The notes: generated by a model not told the origin, from the sequence alone. Positions 1 through 9,147 are shown, counted from the first letter of the stretch. The stretch is DNA of 64,000 nt from an uncultured delta proteobacterium (GCA_963822965.1 CAWGJT010000012.1:128001-192000), one strand, 5' to 3'. Made by a program: numbers and translations.

Positions 1-575
1 TAGCCGAGGATGCGCATGGGATAGGAGATGCCCGCCGCCTGCATCACGTCGAAGGCCACGGCCTTGTGCTCCACCTCCTCGGCGGCGTGCCAGACGATGA
101 GCGCCTGCATGGTCGGATGGAACTTGCGCATCTCGGGATTGGCCAGGGCGAAGTGGCCGAGGGTCGCCGTGTAGTGCTCGGCGCCGGCGGTCATGGCCAG
201 CCGCAGGCTGCGCGGCAGCCGGTCCAGCCAGCGCGCGAAGGTGCGGAAGCGCTTCAGGAAGCGGTCGATGCGGTAGCCCTGGGCGCGCATGATGTCGAAA
301 TAGCGCTCGTGCTCGCGACCGTGGACGGCTTCCTGTCCGGCGAACGCCCGGGCCTGCTTCGCCAGCGCGGGATCCTGGATCGACCGCAGGTGGTCGTTCA
401 CCGCCTTGATGAAGAAGCGCTCTCCGTCGGGGAACGTGAGGTTGAGCGCGTTGAAGATGTGGCTGGCGACGGCATTGCCGTCGGCCCAGTGCTTCGGGAT
501 CTCGGCGTCGAAGGGAAGCTCCGGGCGCCGAATGTGGATCTCGTGGCGCGAGCCGGGCTCGAGATGCGGAGCCAT
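1..575 (-). CDS. Metal-dependent hydrolase (PF10118-like), truncated at the window start
   Basis: Not in the ORF track. Manual translation from ATG at 575 (GGAGGA upstream) gives MAPHLEPGSRHEIHIRRPELPFDAEIPKHWADGNAVASHIFNALNLTFPDGERFFIKAV...F.GQE.VH...WHAAEEVEHKAVAFDV, which are typical motifs of this family. Confidence 0.85.
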   Translation of the reverse strand, partial: MAPHLEPGSRHEIHIRRPELPFDAEIPKHWADGNAVASHIFNALNLTFPDGERFFIKAVNDHLRSIQDPALAKQARAFAGQEAVHGREHERYFDIMRAQGYRIDRFLKRFRTFARWLDRLPRSLRLAMTAGAEHYTATLGHFALANPEMRKFHPTMQALIVWHAAEEVEHKAVAFDVMQAAGISYPMRILG

Positions 576-606
576 GGGGCGTTCCTCCGGTCGAATCGAG
601 TGCTTG

Positions 607-642
607 TAATGTACCGATCGGTACGTAACGTTCGGTACATTA
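607..642. promoter_or_regulatory. Nested inverted repeat, putative TetR-type operator in the divergent intergenic region
   Basis: TAATGTACCGA (607-617) and TCGGTACATTA (632-642) are perfect inverted arms. GTACCGATCGGTAC (611-624) is a perfect 14-bp palindrome. The site is AT-rich and lies about 30 bp upstream of the hydrolase start. Confidence 0.6.
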
Positions 643-812
643 GCAGTCACGTGTAGCTCCGCCAAGCGCACTCTCGATCGTCCGCGAGGCCCCGTGGGTG
701 TGTCTCCGGGCCCACGGGCTTCTCCAGATCCTTCCGGGATCGTGCCGTTGGCAGCAGACCTTGCCGATTTCGGCTGGTATCCTTCGCGCCCCGACGGCCA
801 TGGACCTCCCAC

Positions 813-1670
813 ATGGGCTCGAAGAACTCGAAGAAGAGCAAGCGCAGCAGGCGCCGCCAGCTCGAGATCGCACGGGTCACCCGCCGCCCGGGTGAGTCTG
901 CGCTTTCACACCGCCTGCGGGTGCTGGCGCGCGCCTCCGCGCTGCGGGTGGGCAAGGAGATCCGCCCGGCGATCAACCGCGTCCTGGGACGGCATTCGAA
1001 GATCGGCGCCCGGCCCTGGCTCGATCCCGACCGGTTCGACTGGGTCCCCTCCCTCGAAGCGAGCTGGGAGGCGATCCGCAAGGAGGCCGAGGTCGTGCTC
1101 CAGGCGCGGTCGCAGCTGCCGCCGCTCCACGAGATCTCGCCGGATCACAGCCGGATCGACACCGCCGACGACAAGTGGAAGGTGTACTTCCTCAAGGGCT
1201 ACGGATTCTGGGTGGACGAGCACTGCCGGCAGTGTCCGGCCACCACCGAGGCCGTGCGTCGGATCCCGGGCGTCGAGAGCGCCTTCTTCTCGATCCTCGA
1301 GGCCGGCAAGCACATCCCGCGTCACCGGGGGCCGACGCGGGCGATCTTCACCTGCCATCTCGGCCTGCTGCTGCCAAGCGAGCCGGAGAAGTGCTGGATC
1401 GAGGTGGCGCGCATCCGCCGGCGCTGGGAGGTCGGCAAGACGCTGATCTTCGACGACACCTACAAGCACGAGGTGCTGAACGACACCGGCGAAGATCGGG
1501 TCGTCCTGCTGCTCCACGTGAGACGGCCGCTGCGCTTCCCGGTGAGCCTGCTCGGGCGCGCCGTCTTCGGCGCCATCCGATGGAGCCCCTTCGTGCAGGA
1601 CGGCCTCCGCAACCAGCGCCGTTGGGAAGAGCGGCTGGCCCGGGCGGAGGAGCACAGGCGGGCCGCCTGA
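813..1670 (+). CDS. Aspartyl/asparaginyl beta-hydroxylase family Fe/2OG dioxygenase (LpxO-like lipid hydroxylase)
   Basis: Motifs WKVYFLKGYG, CPATT, AFFSILEAGKHIPRHRGP, CHLGL, W.VGKTLIFDDTYKHEVLNDT..DRVVLLL. True start may be downstream. Confidence 0.85.
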   Translation: MGSKNSKKSKRSRRRQLEIARVTRRPGESALSHRLRVLARASALRVGKEIRPAINRVLGRHSKIGARPWLDPDRFDWVPSLEASWEAIRKEAEVVLQARSQLPPLHEISPDHSRIDTADDKWKVYFLKGYGFWVDEHCRQCPATTEAVRRIPGVESAFFSILEAGKHIPRHRGPTRAIFTCHLGLLLPSEPEKCWIEVARIRRRWEVGKTLIFDDTYKHEVLNDTGEDRVVLLLHVRRPLRFPVSLLGRAVFGAIRWSPFVQDGLRNQRRWEERLARAEEHRRAA

Positions 1671-1671
1671 C

Positions 1672-1756
1672 CGGCCGCGTCGGGATCCGTTCTTCGGCCG
1701 CGTCGGGATCCGTTCTTCGGCCGCGTCGGGATCCGTTCTTCGGCCGCGTCGGGATC
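1672..1756. repeat. 23-bp tandem repeat, about 3.7 copies (CGGCCGCGTCGGGATCCGTTCTT)
   Basis: Exact copies at 1672, 1695 and 1718, plus a partial copy at 1741. It fills the gap between two convergent genes. Confidence 0.95.
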
Positions 1757-2144
1757 AGCTCTTCTTCAGCTCGATCAGGATCTCGTGGTAGGTCTGGTCG
1801 CCGACGTTGTACGCCCACTCGGTGCCGCCCTTGGGAACCATCACCGTGTTGCCCTGGGGCGGGATCTTTCCCACGAAGGACTCCATGGGGCTGCCCTTCG
1901 GCATCACCCCGGCCACGAGATCTCCCGAGAAGACGACGAGATAGTAGTCGTGCTCGTGGTGATGGAGATCGCTGTGCTCGCCGGGCTCGAGCTTCATCTC
2001 CCAGATGCGAAGGTTGTCGTCCTCGAAGAGGACGTGATTCGCGACGTTGCCCACGGCGTCGCCGGCGTGCTCCTCGCGGAACTTCTCGATGCGCTCCTTC
2101 ATCTGGGGCGTGATCTCGGCGTATTCGGGCTCGGTGTGGCGCAT
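1755..2144 (-). CDS. Cupin domain protein
   Basis: VLFEDDNLRIWEMKLEPGEHSDLHHHEHDY...VPKGGTEWAYNVG...HEILIELK matches a cupin beta-barrel pattern. Confidence 0.8.
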   Translation of the reverse strand: MRHTEPEYAEITPQMKERIEKFREEHAGDAVGNVANHVLFEDDNLRIWEMKLEPGEHSDLHHHEHDYYLVVFSGDLVAGVMPKGSPMESFVGKIPPQGNTVMVPKGGTEWAYNVGDQTYHEILIELKKS

Positions 2145-2287
2145 GGCGATCTCGTCTCCTGACAGGGTGATGGGGACACCGAGGGTAGCAGCGACGCCGG
2201 AGACCGGGACGCAGGAATCGATGGGGCCTTCGTGTAGAATCGGGGCTCCGGCGGCGAACCGAGACGGGAGACGCAGCGGCGACGACC

Positions 2288-3832
2288 ATGAATTCCAGCC
2301 GAACCGAGCCGAGGGCGGTCCGCACGATCCGGGACGGTGCCGTGCGACTCGGGCTGGCGCTGGCGCTGTGCGTGAGCCTGGGCGCAGGGTGCAGGGCCCA
2401 GGTCGTGAACCTGAAGCCCCAGAACGTCCCCGCCCGCTTCCGGCCCCTGGCCGCCTACTCGCTCAAGGCCGCCGTGACCGCGGCGGACGTGCACGGAGCG
2501 GGCTCTTCCGGCGCCACCGAAGAGGGGCTCGTCGACTTCCTCGTCAACGAGCAGATCTTCACCGACGTCGTCTACCCCTACCGGGAAGGCGAGGACGAGG
2601 TCGACGTCCTCCTGAAGGTGAGCGTGAAGGGCGACTTCCGCTCCGGCGGAGCCGCGAACTTCTTCACGTGGTTCCCGGGCGGGCTCCTGCTGATTCCGAA
2701 CTTCCGCGGCACGCGCTGGACCTACGACGCACACGCCGAGGTCGACGCCCTCGACGCGCGCAGCCAGCAGCCCATCGGGCACTACGTCGCCGACACCTCC
2801 CACGAATCGATCCACCGCTCGGCGAGCCCGGGCCCGTTCTTCAGCGCCGCGCTCATCGTTCCGGCGGTCATCAAGGGAGCGCGCGTGGCGTCCCCACGCC
2901 AGCCCTACACCAGCATGATCTACGCCAAGGCCTATCCCGACCTGTGGAAGCAGATCGGGGCGCAGATCATCGCCCAGGAGCCGCAGTACCTCGCCATCGC
3001 CGAACGCACCCGGAAGCCGGGCTACGCCCAGGCGCCGGCGCCCGCGTGGACGCCGGCACCGGCCCGAAAGCCGCCGCCCAAGGCCCCGCCGGCGCGCGAC
3101 CTCTACTCGAGCAAGGTTGCCGTCGTCGTCGGCATCGACCGCTATGCCTCCTGGCCCAAGCTGAACGGCGCGGTCTCCGACGCGCGGCGCATGGCGGCCT
3201 ATCTGCGCGGGGCCGGCTTCGACCAGGTGATCGAGATCTACGACGGCGACGCGACGCGACACCGGCTGCTGCAGGTGCTCGGTACCGAGCTCGGGGAGTA
3301 CGTCGACTCCGACTCGATGGCGTTCATCTACTTCGCCGGCCACGGCGACACGGAGACCCTGCCCGGCGGCTCCAAGCGCGGCTACCTGATTCCGGCCGAT
3401 GCCGACTCGGACGCCTTCGCGACGGGAATCTCGATGGATACCGTGCGCGACCTCTCGAATCGCATGACCGCCAAGCACGTCCTCTACGCGATCGACGCCT
3501 GCTACTCGGGCCTGGCCCTCACGCGCGGCATCTCGCTGCCGCGAACCACCAGCGGCTACCTGAGGAAGGTGACGAAGATGCGCGCGGTGCAGATCCTCGC
3601 CGCCGGCTCCGAGGGGGAGCAGGCGGTGGAGGTCGGCGGGCAGGGGCTCTTCACCACCTACCTGCTGCGAGGCATGAGCGGCGAGGCCGATCTCGACGGC
3701 GACGGAGCGGTGACCGCCCGGGAGATCGCCGCCTACGTCCGCCCCCAGGTGACCGTCGCCTCCGGCGCGCGCCAGACCCCGCAGTTCGGAACCATCGAAG
3801 GCAGCGGCGAGGTCGTCTTCCTCAACCGCTGA
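2288..3832 (+). CDS. Caspase-like peptidase (C14 family) with N-terminal signal/lipoprotein-like domain
   Basis: C-terminal KVAVVVGIDRY...LNGAVSDA...IYFAGHG...GYLIPAD...DACYSG carries the His/Cys dyad, followed by GLFTTYLLRGMSGEADLDGDGAVT and QTPQ. N-terminal hydrophobic leader ends in GAGC, and there is a Pro-rich linker. Start may be GTG 2342. Confidence 0.85.
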   Translation: MNSSRTEPRAVRTIRDGAVRLGLALALCVSLGAGCRAQVVNLKPQNVPARFRPLAAYSLKAAVTAADVHGAGSSGATEEGLVDFLVNEQIFTDVVYPYREGEDEVDVLLKVSVKGDFRSGGAANFFTWFPGGLLLIPNFRGTRWTYDAHAEVDALDARSQQPIGHYVADTSHESIHRSASPGPFFSAALIVPAVIKGARVASPRQPYTSMIYAKAYPDLWKQIGAQIIAQEPQYLAIAERTRKPGYAQAPAPAWTPAPARKPPPKAPPARDLYSSKVAVVVGIDRYASWPKLNGAVSDARRMAAYLRGAGFDQVIEIYDGDATRHRLLQVLGTELGEYVDSDSMAFIYFAGHGDTETLPGGSKRGYLIPADADSDAFATGISMDTVRDLSNRMTAKHVLYAIDACYSGLALTRGISLPRTTSGYLRKVTKMRAVQILAAGSEGEQAVEVGGQGLFTTYLLRGMSGEADLDGDGAVTAREIAAYVRPQVTVASGARQTPQFGTIEGSGEVVFLNR

Positions 3833-3851
3833 AGCGTGCGCCGCGCCCCGA

Positions 3852-5639
3852 TCAAGCGCTCGCGGCCGCGTTCTCGGTCGGCGGACCGGCGCGCCGGGGC
3901 AGCCGCACCGCGAACGTGGTTCCTCGGCCGGGGTGCGACTCCACGCTGATCTGCCCGTCGTGGCTCTCGACGATCTGGAACGAGATGGCCAGGCCGAGCC
4001 CGGTCCCTTCGCCGACGGGCTTGGTGGTGAAGAAGGGATCGAAGATGCGATCCAGGTCCTCGGGCGGGATACCCTTGCCGTCGTCGGTGACCGTGACGGT
4101 CACGAAGTCCGCGTCCGCGCGGCTCTCCAGCATGAGGCGACCCCGTCCCTCGATCGCCTGCAGGGCGTTGAGCACGAGGTTCAGGAACACCTGCTGCAGG
4201 TGGGCGGCGTGTCCCCACACGCGGGGCACGGCGCCGAAGCGACTCTCGGTGCGCACCGTGTGGGGGATCTGGGGCTGGGCGACGCGAAGGACGCGCGCCA
4301 GGAGATCGTTGAGATCGATCCATTCGCGCTCGTCCGGGGTGCCGCGCGCGAACCCCTTCACGTCCCGGACGATGCCCACGGTCCGGTCGACGCCGTCGAT
4401 GCACTCCACCAGCAGCTCGCGACCCTCGGCGATCACGTCGACGTCGGCGTCGACTTCGCCGGTCTCCGGCAGGCGCTTCGCGATCTCCTCCCAATGCCGC
4501 TGGAGCTGGGCGAGGTTCGCCCGCACGAAGGCGATCGGGTTGTTGATCTCGTGCGCGATCCCCGCCGCCAGCTCGCCCACGGCGGCCAGGCGGCCCGACG
4601 TGACCAGGTGGTGGCGAAGCTCCTCGACCTCCCGGAGATCCCGGACCACGAGCACGGTGCCGATGGACCGACCGCGCTTGTCGAGCAGCCGCGAAGTGGA
4701 GATGGAGACGGCCAGCTCGCGGCCGTCGACACCCCGGAGACGGCACTCGTGGTCGCGCAGGTTCCGGGCCGGGTCCATGAGGGAGACGCCGAGCGCCACA
4801 CCGACGGGCTGACCCGCCAGGTGGCCGGGCTCGACGCCCAGCATCGCGGCCATGCGGTCGTTGCCGGACAGAATCTCGCCCCGGACGTCCACCAGGGCGA
4901 GACCGTCCGGCAGGGTCGCCAGGATCTCGCGCGCGAAGCTGCTGGGCGCCAGGGCCGAGAAGCCGTAGCGGTAGTGGCTGAAGGCGATCGCCGCCCCCAG
5001 CACCGCGAAGGAGGTCGAGCCGAGCCGGGGGAACGGCACCTGGAGGAGGGGCAGCACTCCCGACAGCAGCCCGCCGACGAAGAACGGTGCGGCGATGCTG
5101 ACCACGACCAGGCGAAGCTGGCTGCGCTGCGCGGGCGAACGAACCCGGCGCAGGCGATGGATCGCCACGCCCAGGGCCGGGATCACGCAGGCCAGCGTGA
5201 AGACCAAGAACCACACGTGGCCGGGCCCCGTCTCGAAGCACCAGCCGAAGGGCGTAGCGAACGCGGCGCCGTGGAGGTGCGACGTGAAGAGCTGCAGCCC
5301 CGCGAAGACCGTCCCGACGGCGTACGCGGGCACGATGGAGAGGGTCATCCAGCGCGGCGGATGGGTGTGCTGGGCGATGAGGTGCAGCGTCAGGGGACCG
5401 ATGAAGGTCCAGCCGGGCCCCGCCGCGTGATGCCAGAGCCAGGCGCTCTCCGGGCCGGGCGCCGCGGTCCACAGCACCTGACAGAAGCTCCACCAGGCGG
5501 CTCCGCCCACCAGCAGGGTGGCGAGCTGGTTCGCTCGCGCCCGGGGATCGCGCAGCGCGATGGCGAGCGCGCTCAGCGCGCTCACCAGACAGCCCACCAG
5601 GGACACCACCAGCTGAAGCTCGCGAACGCCCGAATCCAT
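3852..5639 (-). CDS. Sensor histidine kinase with N-terminal 7TM domain and PAS domain
   Basis: About 7 hydrophobic segments, then PAS (LPDGLALVD), H-box ELAAGIAHEINNP, N-box QVFLNLVLNA, DDGKGI, FDPFFTTK and GTGLGL. Start chosen at ATG 5639. Confidence 0.9.
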   Translation of the reverse strand: MDSGVRELQLVVSLVGCLVSALSALAIALRDPRARANQLATLLVGGAAWWSFCQVLWTAAPGPESAWLWHHAAGPGWTFIGPLTLHLIAQHTHPPRWMTLSIVPAYAVGTVFAGLQLFTSHLHGAAFATPFGWCFETGPGHVWFLVFTLACVIPALGVAIHRLRRVRSPAQRSQLRLVVVSIAAPFFVGGLLSGVLPLLQVPFPRLGSTSFAVLGAAIAFSHYRYGFSALAPSSFAREILATLPDGLALVDVRGEILSGNDRMAAMLGVEPGHLAGQPVGVALGVSLMDPARNLRDHECRLRGVDGRELAVSISTSRLLDKRGRSIGTVLVVRDLREVEELRHHLVTSGRLAAVGELAAGIAHEINNPIAFVRANLAQLQRHWEEIAKRLPETGEVDADVDVIAEGRELLVECIDGVDRTVGIVRDVKGFARGTPDEREWIDLNDLLARVLRVAQPQIPHTVRTESRFGAVPRVWGHAAHLQQVFLNLVLNALQAIEGRGRLMLESRADADFVTVTVTDDGKGIPPEDLDRIFDPFFTTKPVGEGTGLGLAISFQIVESHDGQISVESHPGRGTTFAVRLPRRAGPPTENAAASA

Positions 5640-5720
5640 CCCGGCTCGTATCGTCCCGACAGCGACCGCGATTGACGGGCGTGTTCGGGGCCGCCGTCGC
5701 GGCCTCCCCTTCGGAACTGA

Positions 5721-5734
5721 GTGACCGGGATCAC
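5721..5734. promoter_or_regulatory. CRP/FNR-like box GTGA-N6-TCAC in the divergent promoter region
   Basis: GTGACCGGGATCAC lies between the kinase (start 5639, minus strand) and the TPR gene (start 5815, plus strand). Confidence 0.3.
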
Positions 5735-5814
5735 GAACTTCGCGTGACATGCGTCCGATCCCCCCCGGACGTACCGCGCGATCGCATCGTACGGGCGCAG
5801 TGGGGAGGAACGGA

Positions 5815-6507
5815 GTGGCGATCTTCGGGGCCGAGCCCGCCTACGACCGCAGCCGGATCCTGGAGGCGGCGGCGCGGGCGCGGCAGCGCAAGCGCTACCG
5901 CAAGGCCGCCGCCCTGTACCGGAGAGTCCTCGCCGTCGAGCCCGCCAACGTCGAGCTCCATGCGCGCCTGGCTCCGCTGCTGGCCGCCACCGGCAACGCC
6001 TTCGATGCCTGGACGAGCTACCGGGCCTGTGCCCGGGCGGCGCTCGCCGAGAAGCGACTGGAACAGGCGGGCGCCATCTACCGGGAGGCGGCCCGTTGCC
6101 TGCCCCGGGAGATCGCCGCCTGGCAGGAGCTGGCGAGCACGGAGCGCAAGCGGGGCCGGGACAAGGAGGCCCTGGAGGCTTTGCTGGAGGGTCGCCGCCG
6201 CTTCGCGGCCCGGCGCTTCCGCCCCCAGGCGATCTCGTTGCTGCGGCGGGCCCGGGAGATCGATCCGTGGAGCCCGACCGTCGTCATCGACCTGGCGCGG
6301 CTGCTCACCCGCAGTGACCAGGAGAGCGAGGCTCAGATGCTGCTCGAGAAGCTCGCCCGACAGACGAGCGGCCGGGACCTGCGGCGGGTGCGCGGCGCCC
6401 AGTGGCTCATCTCCCCGACCCTGGGGAACACCTGGCGCTGGCTGCACGCGGCGGCGACGAGCGGCCGGGAAGCCGAGAAGGGAAGGCACTCGCACATCCA
6501 CGCCTGA
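5815..6507 (+). CDS. Tetratricopeptide repeat protein
   Basis: Repeated TPR-like helices (KAAALYRRVLAVEPAN, AISLLRRAREIDPWS). GTG 5815 is preceded by GGGAGGA. Confidence 0.7.
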   Translation: MAIFGAEPAYDRSRILEAAARARQRKRYRKAAALYRRVLAVEPANVELHARLAPLLAATGNAFDAWTSYRACARAALAEKRLEQAGAIYREAARCLPREIAAWQELASTERKRGRDKEALEALLEGRRRFAARRFRPQAISLLRRAREIDPWSPTVVIDLARLLTRSDQESEAQMLLEKLARQTSGRDLRRVRGAQWLISPTLGNTWRWLHAAATSGREAEKGRHSHIHA

Positions 6508-6638
6508 CCGAGTCCCCGGATCGCGGCGCGAGCCGGCCCGGCTCGACCGACTGGCACGGGGCACGGCGCGCGGACGACCGCTGCCCCCGCCCGGCGGGGC
6601 CCTTTACGAGCACCCGCCCTCCCGACAGACTCGGGCGC

Positions 6639-8072
6639 GTGATCGCGAAGCGCATCCTGCTGCTGTGCACCGGTCTGGTAGCGGCCCTCGCGCTGCTCGA
6701 GGGCGGCATCCGGGTCCTGCACCGCATCCGCACCGGCGAGCCCTTTCCGACCGACGTGCTGCGGGAGAGGCTGGCTCCCCCGCTCGATCCCGACGCGGTC
6801 GTGCTCGCGACGACCCCCGTCGTCCCACGGCAGGACGCCGCCACCGTGGCCAACAAGGCGCTCCATCCCTATCTGGGCTACGTGCTCGATCGGACCGGCG
6901 CCGAAGCGACGATCAACCGCTTCGGATTCCAGGGCATCGATCCCCTGACGCCGGCCGGTCCGGACGTCGTCCGCGTGGCGATCACGGGTGGCTCCGTGTC
7001 GCTGCAGGTCTACACGAACGGCGGCGACGCCTTGAAGGCGGCCCTCGCGGACGCGCCGGCTCTCCGGGGCAAGCGGATCGAGCTCGTCTCCCTCGCGCTC
7101 GGGGGCTACAAGCAGCCCCAGCAGCTGATGGCGGTCGCCTGGCTCCTGTCGCTGGGCGCCCACTTCGACGTGGTGATCAACCTCGACGGCTTCAACGAGG
7201 TCGCCCTCCCCTACGCGGACAACCATCCTGCGGGCGTCCATCCCGGCTATCCGCGCGGCTGGCAGCTCTACCAGAGCGGCGGCGTCGACGCCGGGCAGGC
7301 CGGGTATCTCGTCGCCACCCGCGCGCTTCGCGAAGAGCAGCGCGCGTTTCGTTCGGCACTCGCGACCGGGCTGCCGTCGCGCAGCGCCCTCTGCCTCACG
7401 GTCCTCCAACACGTCGACGATCTGCTCGAGGCGCGCATCGCCCGGCAGGATCACGCCCTGCGCCACCGTCTCGCCGTGGCCGGCACGAGCTTCCAGGCGT
7501 CGGGCCCGCCGGTCTCCTACGACCGCCCCGCTGATCTGTTCGCCGACGAGGTGGCAATCTGGCAACGGTCGTCGCTCGAGCTCCAGCAGCTCGCCCGGGG
7601 CGCCGGCGCCCACTACTTCCACTTCCTGCAGCCCAACCAATGGCTCGAGGGCGGCAAGCCCTGGAGCCGCATCGAGAAGAGCCAGCTGGACATTCCGGAC
7701 CCGTGGGCGCCCCGGACGGCCGTTCGCATGGGCTATCCGTTGCTCGAAGAGGCCGGCCGGGAGCTACGCGCCCGGGGCGTGGCCTTCACCAGCCTCGCCT
7801 GGCTGTTCCGGGCCGAGCCCCGCACCCTCTACCGGGACACGTGCTGCCACCTGAACGAGCTGGGGGTGCGCCTGCTGGCCTCGGAGATCGGCCGGGTGGT
7901 CGCCGGGGACCTGCCCGCCCACCTGGACGAGCCGCCGGCGGCCAACCGGAAAAACCGAGCCGCATCGAGGACTTCAGCGCCGTCCGGCGCGCCGGGCGGG
8001 CCTCCCTCGAAAAAAGATGCCGCCGGGGCGGAGTTTTCTGACACCTCTTCTCCGCCGGCGCCACTCCCTTGA
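6639..8072 (+). CDS. Membrane-anchored SGNH/GDSL-like hydrolase/acyltransferase
   Basis: N-terminal TM (ILLLCTGLVAALALLEGG), HPYLGY, INRFGFQG, block I ITGGSVS, block III INLDGFNE, HFLQPNQ, and block V-like YRDTCCHLNELG. Confidence 0.6.
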   Translation: MIAKRILLLCTGLVAALALLEGGIRVLHRIRTGEPFPTDVLRERLAPPLDPDAVVLATTPVVPRQDAATVANKALHPYLGYVLDRTGAEATINRFGFQGIDPLTPAGPDVVRVAITGGSVSLQVYTNGGDALKAALADAPALRGKRIELVSLALGGYKQPQQLMAVAWLLSLGAHFDVVINLDGFNEVALPYADNHPAGVHPGYPRGWQLYQSGGVDAGQAGYLVATRALREEQRAFRSALATGLPSRSALCLTVLQHVDDLLEARIARQDHALRHRLAVAGTSFQASGPPVSYDRPADLFADEVAIWQRSSLELQQLARGAGAHYFHFLQPNQWLEGGKPWSRIEKSQLDIPDPWAPRTAVRMGYPLLEEAGRELRARGVAFTSLAWLFRAEPRTLYRDTCCHLNELGVRLLASEIGRVVAGDLPAHLDEPPAANRKNRAASRTSAPSGAPGGPPSKKDAAGAEFSDTSSPPAPLP

Positions 8073-8099
8073 TACAAAACGAAATCCCCTTCCCAGGGA

Positions 8100-8138
8100 G
8101 ACCGGGAGCACCCTTCGGGGCGCTCCCGGTCACTTTTT
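8100..8138 (+). terminator. Rho-independent terminator
   Basis: GACCGGGAGC-ACCC-TTCG-GGGC-GCTCCCGGTC stem with a cUUCGg loop, followed by ACTTTTT. Confidence 0.85.
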
Positions 8139-8140
8139 GG

Positions 8141-8174
8141 GGCGGGGCGTTCCGGGAGGCGGGGCGTTCCGGGA
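8141..8174. repeat. 17-bp tandem duplication (GGCGGGGCGTTCCGGGA x2)
   Basis: Exact direct copies at 8141-8157 and 8158-8174. Confidence 0.85.
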
Positions 8175-8186
8175 GACAGGGCGGCC

Positions 8187-8846
8187 TCAGCTCGCGGCGG
8201 GCGTCCGGGGCGGCGGCAGCGCCAGCCCGAGCACCGGACACAGGCTGCTCTTGTCCAGCAGGACCAGCGGGTTGGGTCCCGAGACCCGGTACTCCATCGA
8301 GGCGGTGCCCTCGTCGGGGAAGCCGCGGCAGGCCTCGTCGTTGGGAATGATGGCGACCAGGCTGGCGGTGTGCTGGAAGCCCAGCTGCTTCGCCAGCGGA
8401 AATCGCCCCAGCAGATGCACGACCTGGTCGTCGCGGTAGACCGCCTGGTAGCGCGCGGGCGCCCGGGGCAGGGGCTCCCGGGAGCGTCGCGGCTGCCGGT
8501 CCCTCCACGCCTCCAGCGAGAGGACGCCCACCGCGTCGCACTGCCGGTCGCCGGCGTCCACGCGACCCATCAGGCCCAGCCACGTGAAGTGCAGACCCTC
8601 GGGATTCGCGAGCAGCGCGCTGCAGGTCTCGTCGTTGGGAAAGTAGAGCCGGTAGCGGAAGCCGCCCGCGTCGACCTTCGCGTCGAGATACGGGCCCCGC
8701 GTCGTCACGTCACTCACCCGGGCGCCCACGGTGGTACCGGGCACGCCGGCCTGGGCGACCACCGAGTCGACCGTGCAGCCCGGCAACGCGACCGCGCTCC
8801 CCACGACCCACAGCGTCGGAACGACGACCCCCATCGAACGGAACAT
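8187..8846 (-). CDS. Hypothetical lipoprotein
   Basis: ATG 8846 with GGAGG. Leader ends in ALPGC (lipobox-like). Two loosely repeated Cys-containing halves (FPNDETC / IPNDEAC). Confidence 0.65.
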   Translation of the reverse strand: MFRSMGVVVPTLWVVGSAVALPGCTVDSVVAQAGVPGTTVGARVSDVTTRGPYLDAKVDAGGFRYRLYFPNDETCSALLANPEGLHFTWLGLMGRVDAGDRQCDAVGVLSLEAWRDRQPRRSREPLPRAPARYQAVYRDDQVVHLLGRFPLAKQLGFQHTASLVAIIPNDEACRGFPDEGTASMEYRVSGPNPLVLLDKSSLCPVLGLALPPPRTPAAS

Positions 8847-8889
8847 CCTCCGGCCCTCCTCGCGGTGCGCGCCGGCAGGTGCGAACGGC

Positions 8890-9147
8890 TCAGCCGGCGG
8901 AAAGCGGCAGCTCCCGCAGATAGTCGACGATGTCGCGAGATTCGTGCATCCAACGCACCGCGCCGTCCTCCGACTCGATTCGCAGGCACGGCACCATCTG
9001 CCGGCCCGTTGCCTCGACCAGCTCCCGGTGGCGACCCGGCTCCTCGAGGATGTCCCGCAGCTCGACGTCGAGATCGAGCTGGTCGATGGCGCGGCGCACC
9101 AACGCACAGTAGGGACAGCTCTGGAAGTGATAGAGGGACAGCTTCAT
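8890..9147 (-). CDS. Glutaredoxin family protein
   Basis: MKLSLYHFQSCPYC...TGRQMVPCLRI...WMHESRDIVDYL. Confidence 0.9.
   Translation of the reverse strand: MKLSLYHFQSCPYCALVRRAIDQLDLDVELRDILEEPGRHRELVEATGRQMVPCLRIESEDGAVRWMHESRDIVDYLRELPLSAG

Noticed and set aside
1672..1756. Possible mini-CRISPR array
   Set aside because: The units are head-to-tail with no unique spacers, and there are no cas genes in the window.
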